Positions 42,716-51,542 of a stretch of DNA of 52,509 nt are shown piece after piece (the stretch's first letter is position 1; every line of letters begins with the position of its first letter). The position numbers and the translations under genes were made by a program. The stretch is from positions 1 to 52,509 of the IMG/VR virus record IMGVR_UViG_3300031576_000060; one strand, written 5' to 3'. This DNA is from a virus (Duplodnaviria > Caudoviricetes). A model generated the notes under the pieces. It made no database searches and had not been told where the DNA came from. It saw nothing but the letters and a program-made list of their open reading frames with translations.

Positions 42716-44647
42716 CTAGCCGGTGATCTTGACCGCCTTGACGCGCCCGTTCTCGACGATCATCTCGAACGACTTGCGCGCGGTCGCCTGCTTGTCGGGG
42801 CCGGTGTACCGCCCGGTGAACTTGCCCTCGATGATGCGGCGGTTCTGTTCGCGGGTCGACGACGTCACCTCGATGGTCTTGGGGTCGACGAAGTAGCGGC
42901 CTTCGGCGCCCCCCTGCTTCATGATGCCCCCGACGTGCGCGGTCAGCGCGTCCGCCAGGCTGGCGCGCAGGTCCTTCGGGCGCGGCGCGGCGGGCGCGGC
43001 GGTCCTGGGGGCGGGGGCAGGCGTGCGCGCCGGAGCGGTCGCGCCACGACCGATCTTCCGATCGATCACGTCCGCCTTGACGCGACGGCGCACCTCCTTG
43101 ATGAGGTCCTCGCCGTAGTCGCCCCAGTAGGCCCGGTAGTAGCTCTTGCCCATCTCGTCGAGCGCGCGCTTCCGGAGCTTCGGGTTCCAGTCGGCCGCGG
43201 CGGCCGCGCGACCCGCGAGCGCGGAGGCGGTCGGGACCGGCACCGCCCCCTTGGCCAGCGCGATCCGAACGCCGATCGACAACCAGCGACGAGCCAGCCG
43301 GATCTTCTCGGCGGCCTTGTGGTACCGGGCATCGATCTGGCCCCACGAGAGCGCCGCGCTGGCCATCTGGATGATGCCGGCCCGGTTGAGCCCACCCTTC
43401 CGCGCGGTCGTGAACGCGTGCGCGTCCAGCACCGCGACCACCGCCTTGCGAGGCACCAGCATCTTGCCGCCGAACGGATCCTGCACGGCCAGCCGTTCGG
43501 TCCCCGCCTTCACGACCTTGACGACGCCGGTCCGCAGCCCCTTGGACGCCATCCAGATGTTGCCGATGTCGACCACGTCCCCGACGGCCGCCAACGCGGC
43601 CGACTTGGTCGGGGTCTTCTGCTTGCCGGCCGGCGTGGCGGGCTCGGCGCGATCGGTGACCGCGCGAGGCAGATCGCTCTTGACGAGCTGGCGGCCGTAC
43701 TCCTTGAAATACGACTCCCAGTAGTCCCGGGCCTTCTCGTCGACCGCCTGCTTGCTGACCGACGCCTGCCTGGCAATCGACTGGGCGGCGGCAGGGCCGT
43801 CGGGTGCGACGTCTCGCTGGAGCACCCGGGTGGTCGCGCCGCTGTCCAGCAGGACGTCGAAGTGGGTGGCGGTACGGGCCAACAGCTTGCCCTTCTCGAC
43901 CGCCCGCTTGCCGATCCGCACCAGCACCTTGGTGCCCCGCTTGAAGCCGGCGAGCCGCCGGTCCTCCTGGGTCTCGACGACATCGCGCAGCCCCGCCGTC
44001 ATGGCGGGCGGCTGGGTGACGGCGGGCGCCTGTGCCGCGGGGACTGCCTGCGCGGTCGTCGCGCCGCACCCGCACTCACACGGGCACCCCTCGACACAGA
44101 CACACGTGCCGGTCGCGGCGCACCCGCAGTCGCACTGGCACGCACCGCCACACGAACACGCCTGCGCGGTCATGGGGGCGGCGGGCATCTCGGCGGGCAT
44201 CTGGGCTTCCGGTTCCATCGGCTCCCCTACCCCATCGTCCTGAGCGACCGGCGCCATCGGAGGAGCCATCTGGGCACGGTAGCGCGCCCCGCGACTCGCC
44301 GCCTTCTGCAACCTGGCCGACAGGCTCGTGGGACCGTCGGGACTGTCGGGCGCATGCGCATCGAGCGCTTCACCTTCGCCTTCGTCGAGCCGCTCGTCCT
44401 GCGCGCGGATCAGATCGAACCCGCCGCCCGGCCGCGCCTTCATCTCCCAGACGCGATGGGCCCGGCGGTCCAGGACCTTCCCGTCCTCGCGCTTGTAGAA
44501 GTCGCGCGCGACCTCCTCGACGCTGGCGTACCGCAGAGCGGTGGGCTGGAGGGCCGCGTCGGTTGCGGTCTCTCGCTTGCGCTGGCGCGCGGCCGCCTCA
44601 GCGATCCGTGCGAACCCGTCTTCCGTGAGGCCGAGCTTCTGCGACAT
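42716..44647 (-). CDS. modular protein with a Cys-rich metallothionein-like segment and SH3-like modules; putative head protein
   Basis: RAQ, RQAS, KQAV motifs; CSCGGACQCDCGC...; repeated DE....YW..Y...YG..L.K motif. Confidence 0.75.
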   Translation of the reverse strand: MSQKLGLTEDGFARIAEAAARQRKRETATDAALQPTALRYASVEEVARDFYKREDGKVLDRRAHRVWEMKARPGGGFDLIRAQDERLDEGEGEALDAHAPDSPDGPTSLSARLQKAASRGARYRAQMAPPMAPVAQDDGVGEPMEPEAQMPAEMPAAPMTAQACSCGGACQCDCGCAATGTCVCVEGCPCECGCGATTAQAVPAAQAPAVTQPPAMTAGLRDVVETQEDRRLAGFKRGTKVLVRIGKRAVEKGKLLARTATHFDVLLDSGATTRVLQRDVAPDGPAAAQSIARQASVSKQAVDEKARDYWESYFKEYGRQLVKSDLPRAVTDRAEPATPAGKQKTPTKSAALAAVGDVVDIGNIWMASKGLRTGVVKVVKAGTERLAVQDPFGGKMLVPRKAVVAVLDAHAFTTARKGGLNRAGIIQMASAALSWGQIDARYHKAAEKIRLARRWLSIGVRIALAKGAVPVPTASALAGRAAAAADWNPKLRKRALDEMGKSYYRAYWGDYGEDLIKEVRRRVKADVIDRKIGRGATAPARTPAPAPRTAAPAAPRPKDLRASLADALTAHVGGIMKQGGAEGRYFVDPKTIEVTSSTREQNRRIIEGKFTGRYTGPDKQATARKSFEMIVENGRVKAVKITG

Positions 44648-44798
44648 GGTCGTCATCCTTCCTGATGTGCTCTTCGATCTGCTTGACCAACTTGGCGAGG
44701 ATCGGATCGATCGCGTCGACCGACATCCGCTTGAGCAACCGGACCGCGCCGTTGATGGCGGTGCGGTGAAGCGGGTTGTCGTAGACCTCGCGATTCAC
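44598..44798 (-). CDS. hypothetical small protein
   Basis: 66-aa GC3-biased ORF downstream of the conserved 15-mer. Confidence 0.5.
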   Translation of the reverse strand: MNREVYDNPLHRTAINGAVRLLKRMSVDAIDPILAKLVKQIEEHIRKDDDHVAEARPHGRRVRTDR

Positions 44799-44824
44799 AG
44801 GGAGGCACGATAGCGCAGATTGGA

Positions 44825-44839
44825 ACGGAATTTTAGAAG
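44825..44839 (-). promoter_or_regulatory. conserved 15-mer CTTCTAAAATTCCGT, candidate late promoter
   Basis: Identical to 42488-42502. Confidence 0.5.
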
Positions 44840-45108
44840 TCGTTAAGATTCAACCGGGCCGCGGGACCGGTAGCTCGGCCGGGCACCCGGGGCATCGATG
44901 GACCCAGCCGGACCGATCGAGCTGCTCGACGTCCCGGACGCTGACGTGTCCACAGACCCGGTGCGTGATGATGAGGGTCCGCGTAGCTCGGTTCCCACTC
45001 GACCGCCAGGACGTCGGTCTCGATCTTGCGGCTGCCCCACCGGACCGGTTCGACGGGCCCGACCGGCGCGGGCGCGGGCGTGAACGACCAGCGATCGCGC
45101 GCCCCCAT
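44833..45108 (-). CDS. hypothetical protein
   Basis: MGARDRWSF...; fills the gap between neighbouring genes; weak support. Confidence 0.4.
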   Translation of the reverse strand: MGARDRWSFTPAPAPVGPVEPVRWGSRKIETDVLAVEWEPSYADPHHHAPGLWTRQRPGRRAARSVRLGPSMPRVPGRATGPAARLNLNDF

Positions 45109-45160
45109 TGTCAACCTTTGGTGCCCGTAAGGTTGACAATCGGCGACCGTAAGGTTGACA
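45107..45160. repeat. three copies of AAGGTTGACA (one inverted, two direct); candidate operator array
   Basis: ATTGTCAACCTT-10 nt-AAGGTTGACAAT inverted repeat; CCGTAAGGTTGACA at 45125 and 45147. Confidence 0.8.
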
Positions 45161-45162
45161 GT

Positions 45163-45435
45163 TCAGTCGACCGACTCACAGCACTCCTCGGGCAGGAACG
45201 GGAGCCCGACGACCAAATTGTCGAACAATCGCTTGAGTTTGAGGAACTGCTCGACGGTCAGCCGTTCGGTCGCCACGTCCCAGCCCAACACCTCGGTCTC
45301 GGTCCACGGGCTTCCGTAGACCGCCGCCACCTCAACGTGCGGTTCCTTGGTCTCGACCCACACGACCTCGCCGATGAAGTGGCGGGTCCACGAATCCGGC
45401 CGGTGCGACCGGACGATCCGCATGCGGCGCATCAT
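45163..45435 (-). CDS. hypothetical protein
   Basis: 90 aa; GGAGG SD; ATGA coupling. Confidence 0.65.
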   Translation of the reverse strand: MMRRMRIVRSHRPDSWTRHFIGEVVWVETKEPHVEVAAVYGSPWTETEVLGWDVATERLTVEQFLKLKRLFDNLVVGLPFLPEECCESVD

Positions 45436-46160
45436 TCATCCTCCTGGTCGTCGAGTCGATCGAGATGCGAACCGTCGATTACGACAAGCCTACGGGTCCA
45501 CCGGGCCGACTTGGGGAACCGGTCGGTGAGGGCCAGCTCGGTCAGCTCTTCGCGTGGTCGATCCACCAGGATGAGGGCGTCGCCGCGGATCGGGCACGAG
45601 CACACCCCCTTCGATCGGAACTTGTCGACCACGTAGTATTTCGGACGCCCGCCCCGCCGAACCGCCGACACGTCCACGATGGAGCACGCGTGCGCCGCGC
45701 AGATGTACTTCCGCTTCCAGTCGGGCCAGTCCATCTCGAAGAAGAACCGGAGCCAGTCGTGGAGCGTGTGGTACGAGACCCCCAGGTTCGCCTCGAACCT
45801 GGCGAGCACGTCGCGCCCCTCCGCGTTCGAGAACCAGTCGAACGCTTCGCGGCCCGCCTGCACGATGATGTCGGTGATGTCGTGCTTGCGCTCCGCCTGG
45901 AGCTGGAGGGCGCGCAATCGACCGCCGAACCGCTCACGACACGCCGGACAGAACTTGTTCTTCCAGGTCTTGAGAGCTTCGAGCGAGCTGGCCCGCACGA
46001 TGAATCGGGTGGTGCAAGCGGGTGTCAGGCACTTAGCCGCGAATTCCTGGGTCCGGCGAGCCCGTCGGCACGACCGGCAGTACGCGTTGTTCCGCCCGAT
46101 CGGGGGCTCTCGACACCCCTCCGTCCTACAACCGACCGGCTCGACCGCCTCACCCGCCAT
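45432..46160 (-). CDS. hypothetical Cys-rich (Zn-binding) protein
   Basis: Probable start MAGEAVE at 46160; multiple CxxC/Cx4C motifs. Confidence 0.65.
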   Translation of the reverse strand: MAGEAVEPVGCRTEGCREPPIGRNNAYCRSCRRARRTQEFAAKCLTPACTTRFIVRASSLEALKTWKNKFCPACRERFGGRLRALQLQAERKHDITDIIVQAGREAFDWFSNAEGRDVLARFEANLGVSYHTLHDWLRFFFEMDWPDWKRKYICAAHACSIVDVSAVRRGGRPKYYVVDKFRSKGVCSCPIRGDALILVDRPREELTELALTDRFPKSARWTRRLVVIDGSHLDRLDDQEDE

Positions 46161-47379
46161 CGACCGCCGTGTTGGCCAACGCCCGGTTCGACTCGGTCGT
46201 GACCCGCTCGATCGTGAGGTTTTCGACCGCCCAATCGAGCGCGGCATCGACGCCGCCATCTGGTTCGACGACCCCGACCCGCCGGCCAAACTCGCGGAGC
46301 AGCACGGTCTCGTGGAACATGCGGGAGACTTCACTGGCAAGAGTCGCGTCGTTCCCGATGAACCCGTTCGCCCGCAACTGCTCGATGTGGCGGGCCGCCC
46401 AGTAGTCCGGGAACGGCTCGAACCGGATGTCGGTCGCGCTCGACATCATCGCGTCAACGATCGCCTGCTTGATCGCATCTCGTTCGAGGCGCCGCTCGTT
46501 CGCTTCGGCGATGCGGCGCAGCCGGGTGTGCCACACCTTGACCGACGGGTAGCCGTACCGCTTCGCCACCTGCTCGGGATCCGCGAGAACGGCTTCGTGG
46601 ACCTGGTCGATGTGGATGTGGAGGTCGGTCTTGAGCCCATCGATCTCGACCGTCAGGACCTTTCGGTCCTTCGACTTCACCCCGACCAACTGGTCGGCGT
46701 ACTGCGTGCTGGCCGCCCACTCGTCCGCCGTGGTGAACAGGACGGCGTTGCGGCCGCACCCCTGCTCCCACCGGCGTCCCTCTCGCACCGCCGTGATGTT
46801 GGCGCACAGGACCGCGTCCCCCTGTTCCAGTTCGCCGGCCCGCTTGGGTCCGAGGACTGGCACGCGCACAAGCGCGGCGATCCGGACATCGACGAGCGCG
46901 TCGATCTTCGCGTCCGTCCTGATCGCCACGACGGGCGCGACCCCATTGGGATCGAACCCGTCGGGAACGCCCAGCGCCTCGGGGTAGAGGAAGTAGCCGG
47001 CGGTCACGCGATAGTGGTGGTCGGTCGCTTCGCCGCCCTCCTGCTCCGCCGCCGTGGCGGCCGCCTGGACGCTGACGTCGAAAAAGTAGAGGGCGATGCG
47101 ACCCTCGTGCTGTTCGGCCACCACTCGCTTGAGCAGCCCGTTGAGCACGTCCTCGTACAGCACCATCTTGCCGCCCACCACCATCTCGGCCACGCTGGCG
47201 GGCAGCTTGCCGCGCCGGAACCGCCGGAGCGCCTGGACCGCCGCGTTCCTCCGGTTGGCCGGGATGTCGCCACCGCCATTGGCGATCTGCACGATCGTCT
47301 GGTGGATCGCGACCCGGTTGGCCCAGTAGAACGCGTGGAACCGGGCGTTCAACACATCCTTCGCGACCTTGATGGTCAT
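46150..47379 (-). CDS. hypothetical protein
   Basis: Strong GC3 bias from MTIKVAKD (47379); no recognised motif. Confidence 0.7.
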   Translation of the reverse strand: MTIKVAKDVLNARFHAFYWANRVAIHQTIVQIANGGGDIPANRRNAAVQALRRFRRGKLPASVAEMVVGGKMVLYEDVLNGLLKRVVAEQHEGRIALYFFDVSVQAAATAAEQEGGEATDHHYRVTAGYFLYPEALGVPDGFDPNGVAPVVAIRTDAKIDALVDVRIAALVRVPVLGPKRAGELEQGDAVLCANITAVREGRRWEQGCGRNAVLFTTADEWAASTQYADQLVGVKSKDRKVLTVEIDGLKTDLHIHIDQVHEAVLADPEQVAKRYGYPSVKVWHTRLRRIAEANERRLERDAIKQAIVDAMMSSATDIRFEPFPDYWAARHIEQLRANGFIGNDATLASEVSRMFHETVLLREFGRRVGVVEPDGGVDAALDWAVENLTIERVTTESNRALANTAVDGG

Positions 47380-47441
47380 GGCGTAGGGCACCGCCTTCGG
47401 GCGCGCACAGCAGTCGAGCAGGGCGAGGTCGGCGCCCCAAT

Positions 47442-48062
47442 CTACGGCATGGCTTGGCGCATGATCGGCATGGTCGTGGTCGTGGTCATCATCGTGACCG
47501 TCTCCTTCGTCAGGCTCGTCAACGTCTCCATCATGGTCAGGTAGGTCACCCGACCCTTCATCTGGATCGACCAGACCGGCCCCGTCTTCGCCCCCATCAC
47601 CCACAGGCTCGACGCCAGGTTCTCGTGGTCCAGCATCGCGTACCACGGGCGCAACTTCCTGGTGAACAGGAGGAGCGGGTGCTTCCCGTCCGGCGTCTCC
47701 TGCACCGTTTGATCCCACCACTTCGCGATCTGGCATTTGTCAGGGCTCCTCAGCAGTTGTTCCAGCGCCCACCCCTCCTCGCTCTTGACCTCGACGCAGA
47801 AGGGGAAGTCGCTCGCGGTCGTGACGATGTCGCCCGCCGCATTGAAGTCGTCTCGGACCTGCTTGCTTCTACCCCATCCGCCGGACGATGGGGTCCTCAT
47901 CCATTCGCCCGAGCCCCACCAGTCCCTGAGCAGCTTGGCGACCTCCCGCTCGTTCAAGTTGCCTTTCCTCTTGGACTTCTTGCCAGCCATCACCCGCTTG
48001 GGATCTTTAGCCCGCGGAGTCAATTTAGCCCGGCGGCTAAGCCGGCCTCCCGATCTGTCCAT
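47442..48062 (-). CDS. PD-(D/E)XK nuclease, Holliday junction resolvase-like
   Basis: SKRKGNLNEREVAKLL...RTPSSGG...GDIV...VEVK; start may be 47990. Confidence 0.8.
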   Translation of the reverse strand: MDRSGGRLSRRAKLTPRAKDPKRVMAGKKSKRKGNLNEREVAKLLRDWWGSGEWMRTPSSGGWGRSKQVRDDFNAAGDIVTTASDFPFCVEVKSEEGWALEQLLRSPDKCQIAKWWDQTVQETPDGKHPLLLFTRKLRPWYAMLDHENLASSLWVMGAKTGPVWSIQMKGRVTYLTMMETLTSLTKETVTMMTTTTTMPIMRQAMP

Positions 48063-48363
48063 CCCGCACGAACGTCTGGAGCAAGGCGGCGCGGTCGTGC
48101 AGGATGACGGGCGGGCTGATCCGGCGGGTGTCGTAGTAGACCACCGCCTTCTTCGTCATCTGGGTCTCGTAGATGTCGAGCGCCTGCTCGACCGCGAGCG
48201 CGTGGATCGGTCGCCCGTACCGCGCCTGAATCGCCCGGGCGTCTCCGAACAGGTCGAGGCCCGTCTGCTTCTTGCAGTCGGACGCGTGGCTCCCGTCCGT
48301 CCTGCCGCACGTACAGCGAGCGGACGGATCGAGAAAGGCGACGCGAATGGGCTTGAGGTTCAT
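48037..48363 (-). CDS. hypothetical protein
   Basis: 108 aa; GAGGG SD; CTC...H...C motif. Confidence 0.65.
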   Translation of the reverse strand: MNLKPIRVAFLDPSARCTCGRTDGSHASDCKKQTGLDLFGDARAIQARYGRPIHALAVEQALDIYETQMTKKAVVYYDTRRISPPVILHDRAALLQTFVRDGQIGRPA

Positions 48364-48367
48364 CAGG

Positions 48368-50482
48368 TTACCCCTCGATCACAGTGGTGTCGTCGTCCCG
48401 CTTGGTCGCGGTCCAGACCTCGTCGGCGGTCAAGAGGGACGACAACGCCTGGTCATGCCCGACCAGCACGATTGTGTCAACCGTTTCCCGGACCCGCTCG
48501 ACCAGCCGGACGACCCCCTCGATCGATCGCTCGTCGAGAAAGGTGGCCGCCTCGTCGAGCAACAACACGTTGGTGCCGCCCCCCTGGCTGGCCGCCAACT
48601 CCCAGAACGAGCAGATGAGCGCGAGCACGATGCGCTCCCGCTCGCCCCCCGAGTACAGGCGGATTGGCACCCCGGTCTTGCGCCCCTCCTCCACCGTCAT
48701 CTCGAACTTGAAGATGTAGTCGTCGGCGGTCAGGTCGGCCGCCTTCTTCTTGACCGCCTCCTTCTTGAGGCGGAACGGGTTGATCATCACGTGTGTGGTG
48801 CCGCCGGTCAGCACGTCGAGCGAACGGGCGAGCGCGTCGTTCAGGAACGCGGAGCCGGTCGCGAACTTCATCTGCTTGACGCGCGGGAAGTTGCGGACTA
48901 GCCAGCCCCACTCCTGCGCCTCCAGGTTGACGGCGGCGAGTCGGCGCTCCTGCTCCGCGCGCGCCGCCGTGATGCGGGCGCGGTCGGCGACCCGCTGGTC
49001 GTGCAGCATGATGGCGGCGTTCGCGTTGGCCGCCTCGATCTCCCACGCGCGCCTGTCGTCCAGCAGCTTCTTGCGCGCCCCTTCCAGCTCGGCGGTCTTG
49101 ACGGACGCGGCTGCACCATCATGCTGCCGGATGGTCGCGAGAGTGGCGGCCTTCTCGCCCTCCAGCCCGAGCACCACGGCCATCATGGCCTTGACGGTCG
49201 TGTCGATCGCGGTCACCTGGCCCGCCACCTCCACATCGATCTCCGCGGTCCTGGTGGCGCGCGCCTGCTCGATGGACGCGACTTCGCCCGCTACCGTCCG
49301 GTCGGCCACATCGATGGCGTCGAGCGCCGCCTTCACGACGGCGGCCTGCTCGTCCTTGTGGTGCGCGAGAGTCTGGGCATCCAACACGCTCCCACACGAC
49401 GGACACTTGCCCGCACCCGCCAGCATGCTGGTCAACCGCCGATTCTCCAACGCGGCGGTCGCGTGGGCGGCGGCGAGCTGGCGGCGCGCCTCGTCGAGCG
49501 ATGGTGAGGTGGTCGGGATGGACGCGACCTTCGCGCGCGCTTCATGCTTGGCCCGATCGACATCGGCCTGGACGCGCTGCACCTCCAGCGTCTTCGCGTG
49601 GATCTGCTGGACGATCGCGGCCTGTTGGGCTTGCGCTTGCGCGAGCGCGGCGGCGTTCGCGTCCGCCATCGTCCTGCTGGCCGCGATCTGGTTGTCGACG
49701 TCCGCAAGACCCACGTCGAACTGGGCGATCTGGTCGTTCGCGTGGGCGACGCGCGTGCGGACCGCCCCAACATCCCCGAGGACGATCCCACCCTCCTGGA
49801 CCTGTAGGGTCGCGACGGCTGATTGGAGCGATTCAACCTGCCGGCGACAACCGGTCAACCGTTCCTTCGCCTTCAGCTCGGCGTCGTCGTAGCAGGCGAG
49901 CCGCATCAACTTGGTGAGGATGTCCTCCCGGTCCGCATCCTTCCCCCGGATGAATGCGAGCGCATGGTCCTGCGCGACGTAGCACGCGTTACAGAACATC
50001 CCGTAATCAATGCCCGCCACCTCGACGACCCGACGCCACGTGTCTGCCATGCGGGCGAACCGGAGATCCTGGCCGTCCGGCCCCTTCTGGATCCAGCGGC
50101 TCCCGTCCCACCACTCGAAGTAGACGGTGGTGCCCGAGTAGCCGCCCGCCCCCTCCTCCTGAGCGCTCGGGCCCGTCAAGAGCGACGGGCCTTTCCAGTT
50201 GCGCAGGTAAGCGACCCGATAGTAGTGGCCGGCCTGCTCGAATTCGACCACTCCGAACGCTTGCCCAAGCGTCTTGTTGACCACGTCGTTCTCGGTCACG
50301 TCGGCGGCGCCGTCCCGCTTGGGCGAGTTGCCGAACAGGATCTCGCAGGTGGCGTCGAACAGGCTCGACTTCCCCGAACCAACGGGGCCACGGAGCAACA
50401 CGATGCCCCGGTCGGCCAGCTCGATCGGAGCGTGCTGGCCGTACGCGAAGAAGCCGGTCGGGTTGACGCGCAGGAGCCTCAT
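48368..50482 (-). CDS. SbcC/Rad50-like ATPase (recombination nuclease subunit)
   Basis: Walker A GPVGSGKSS, Q-loop YVAQ, coiled coil with CPSCG Zn hook, YSGGE signature, LLLDEAATFLD, VGHD. Confidence 0.92.
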   Translation of the reverse strand: MRLLRVNPTGFFAYGQHAPIELADRGIVLLRGPVGSGKSSLFDATCEILFGNSPKRDGAADVTENDVVNKTLGQAFGVVEFEQAGHYYRVAYLRNWKGPSLLTGPSAQEEGAGGYSGTTVYFEWWDGSRWIQKGPDGQDLRFARMADTWRRVVEVAGIDYGMFCNACYVAQDHALAFIRGKDADREDILTKLMRLACYDDAELKAKERLTGCRRQVESLQSAVATLQVQEGGIVLGDVGAVRTRVAHANDQIAQFDVGLADVDNQIAASRTMADANAAALAQAQAQQAAIVQQIHAKTLEVQRVQADVDRAKHEARAKVASIPTTSPSLDEARRQLAAAHATAALENRRLTSMLAGAGKCPSCGSVLDAQTLAHHKDEQAAVVKAALDAIDVADRTVAGEVASIEQARATRTAEIDVEVAGQVTAIDTTVKAMMAVVLGLEGEKAATLATIRQHDGAAASVKTAELEGARKKLLDDRRAWEIEAANANAAIMLHDQRVADRARITAARAEQERRLAAVNLEAQEWGWLVRNFPRVKQMKFATGSAFLNDALARSLDVLTGGTTHVMINPFRLKKEAVKKKAADLTADDYIFKFEMTVEEGRKTGVPIRLYSGGERERIVLALICSFWELAASQGGGTNVLLLDEAATFLDERSIEGVVRLVERVRETVDTIVLVGHDQALSSLLTADEVWTATKRDDDTTVIEG

Positions 50483-50772
50483 TCGTCGTCAGGCTCCTTT
50501 TCGTCATCACCATCAGGTTCCTTTTCGTCGTCACGGTCAGATCCAAGATCCTTTCGGATCTCAGAGAGAACCTTTTGCATGGTGACCCTCTTGGACTCTT
50601 TCAATCCGAGGAGCTTCTCGGTTGGTCGCTCGACCTCTTCCTCGATGCCCTCCAGCGCATCAAGATCATCCAAAGCAGCTCGAAGCTGCTCGCTAGACGC
50701 GTCGGATGCCGCACCAATGATCGCCAGGATCGCCTCGACCTTCCCCATCACATCTATGCCCTTCGGTGACAT
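50479..50772 (-). CDS. hypothetical acidic protein (possibly a frameshifted continuation of the ParB gene)
   Basis: 97 aa; ends in DDEKEPD repeats; no clear SD. Confidence 0.5.
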   Translation of the reverse strand: MSPKGIDVMGKVEAILAIIGAASDASSEQLRAALDDLDALEGIEEEVERPTEKLLGLKESKRVTMQKVLSEIRKDLGSDRDDEKEPDGDDEKEPDDE

Positions 50773-51542
50773 CTGCTTGAGTGCAACGGCAAATGCAGCT
50801 CGTCTGTGTCTCGCCGATCCGAGATGCGAGCCTCCTGAAGGAGACGGGACAGCCGTTTCATCCAGTCGGGGTTCGCGTCCTTCTCGGCCTTGACGATCGC
50901 GCGAGTTTCGTCGCGCGTCTTCTCCACTAGAGAAGGCAACAGCTTGGTCTGCTTAGCCGGCGGCAACTTGGCCAGTTCGTCGGCCTGCGACATCGTGATC
51001 TTCTTGTCGACCGCCGCCCGCCTGACATCGGGCGCGAGCCGCTCGACCCGCGCAAGCCCCCTCCGGATCGTCTCGTCCGTCACGCCGAACCGGTGGGCCG
51101 CTTCCTGGATCAAACCACGCGGCGTGGTTTTGATTTTCTCTTGCGCTTCCGATGACTTGCGATCTCCGCCTCGCCCAAGTCGCGGATGTTTCAGCTCATG
51201 CAGCTCCTTCCAGCGAGCCAACCCGACCATCCATTCGTCGGTGTCGAGCTGGTAGCGGCGCAGGTTTTCTTCGAGGCCGATCAGTTCACCATCGACATCA
51301 TCGACCGACAAGATGACGACCGGCAGTTTCGTTAGACCAGCCCGTTTGGCCGCGCGCCAGCGATGCTCACCAGCCAACAACTCATATCCGCCATCATCAC
51401 GTTCCCGGACGATCGCCGGTTGGATCACGCCGAACTCCGCGATGCTCCCAGCCAGTTCGGCAATACGAGCGTCCAGGATCTCTCGTTTCCACTTGAGCTT
51501 TGAGATTCTGATCGTACTTGGGTCGACCTGGGCCATCTTCAC
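50754..51542 (-). CDS. ParB/Srx N-terminal domain protein with HTH
   Basis: ELAGSIAEFGVIQPAIVR...YELLAGEHRWRAA...ENLRR; RGGDRKS; HTH. Confidence 0.88.
   Translation of the reverse strand: MKMAQVDPSTIRISKLKWKREILDARIAELAGSIAEFGVIQPAIVRERDDGGYELLAGEHRWRAAKRAGLTKLPVVILSVDDVDGELIGLEENLRRYQLDTDEWMVGLARWKELHELKHPRLGRGGDRKSSEAQEKIKTTPRGLIQEAAHRFGVTDETIRRGLARVERLAPDVRRAAVDKKITMSQADELAKLPPAKQTKLLPSLVEKTRDETRAIVKAEKDANPDWMKRLSRLLQEARISDRRDTDELHLPLHSSRCHRRA

Noticed and set aside
36082-44647. Major capsid protein or prohead protease among the large ORFs
   Set aside because: No HK97-fold or protease motifs were recognised; these genes probably lie outside the window.
45107-45160. CRISPR mini-array
   Set aside because: The repeats are only 10-14 nt with an 8-nt spacer, one copy is inverted, and no cas genes are present.
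47380-47736. His/Asp-rich N-terminal extension (DGHDDDHDHDHADH) of ORF 46150..47736
   Set aside because: It overlaps the resolvase-like gene, whose frame has the expected G/C-ending codons; most likely an off-frame artefact.
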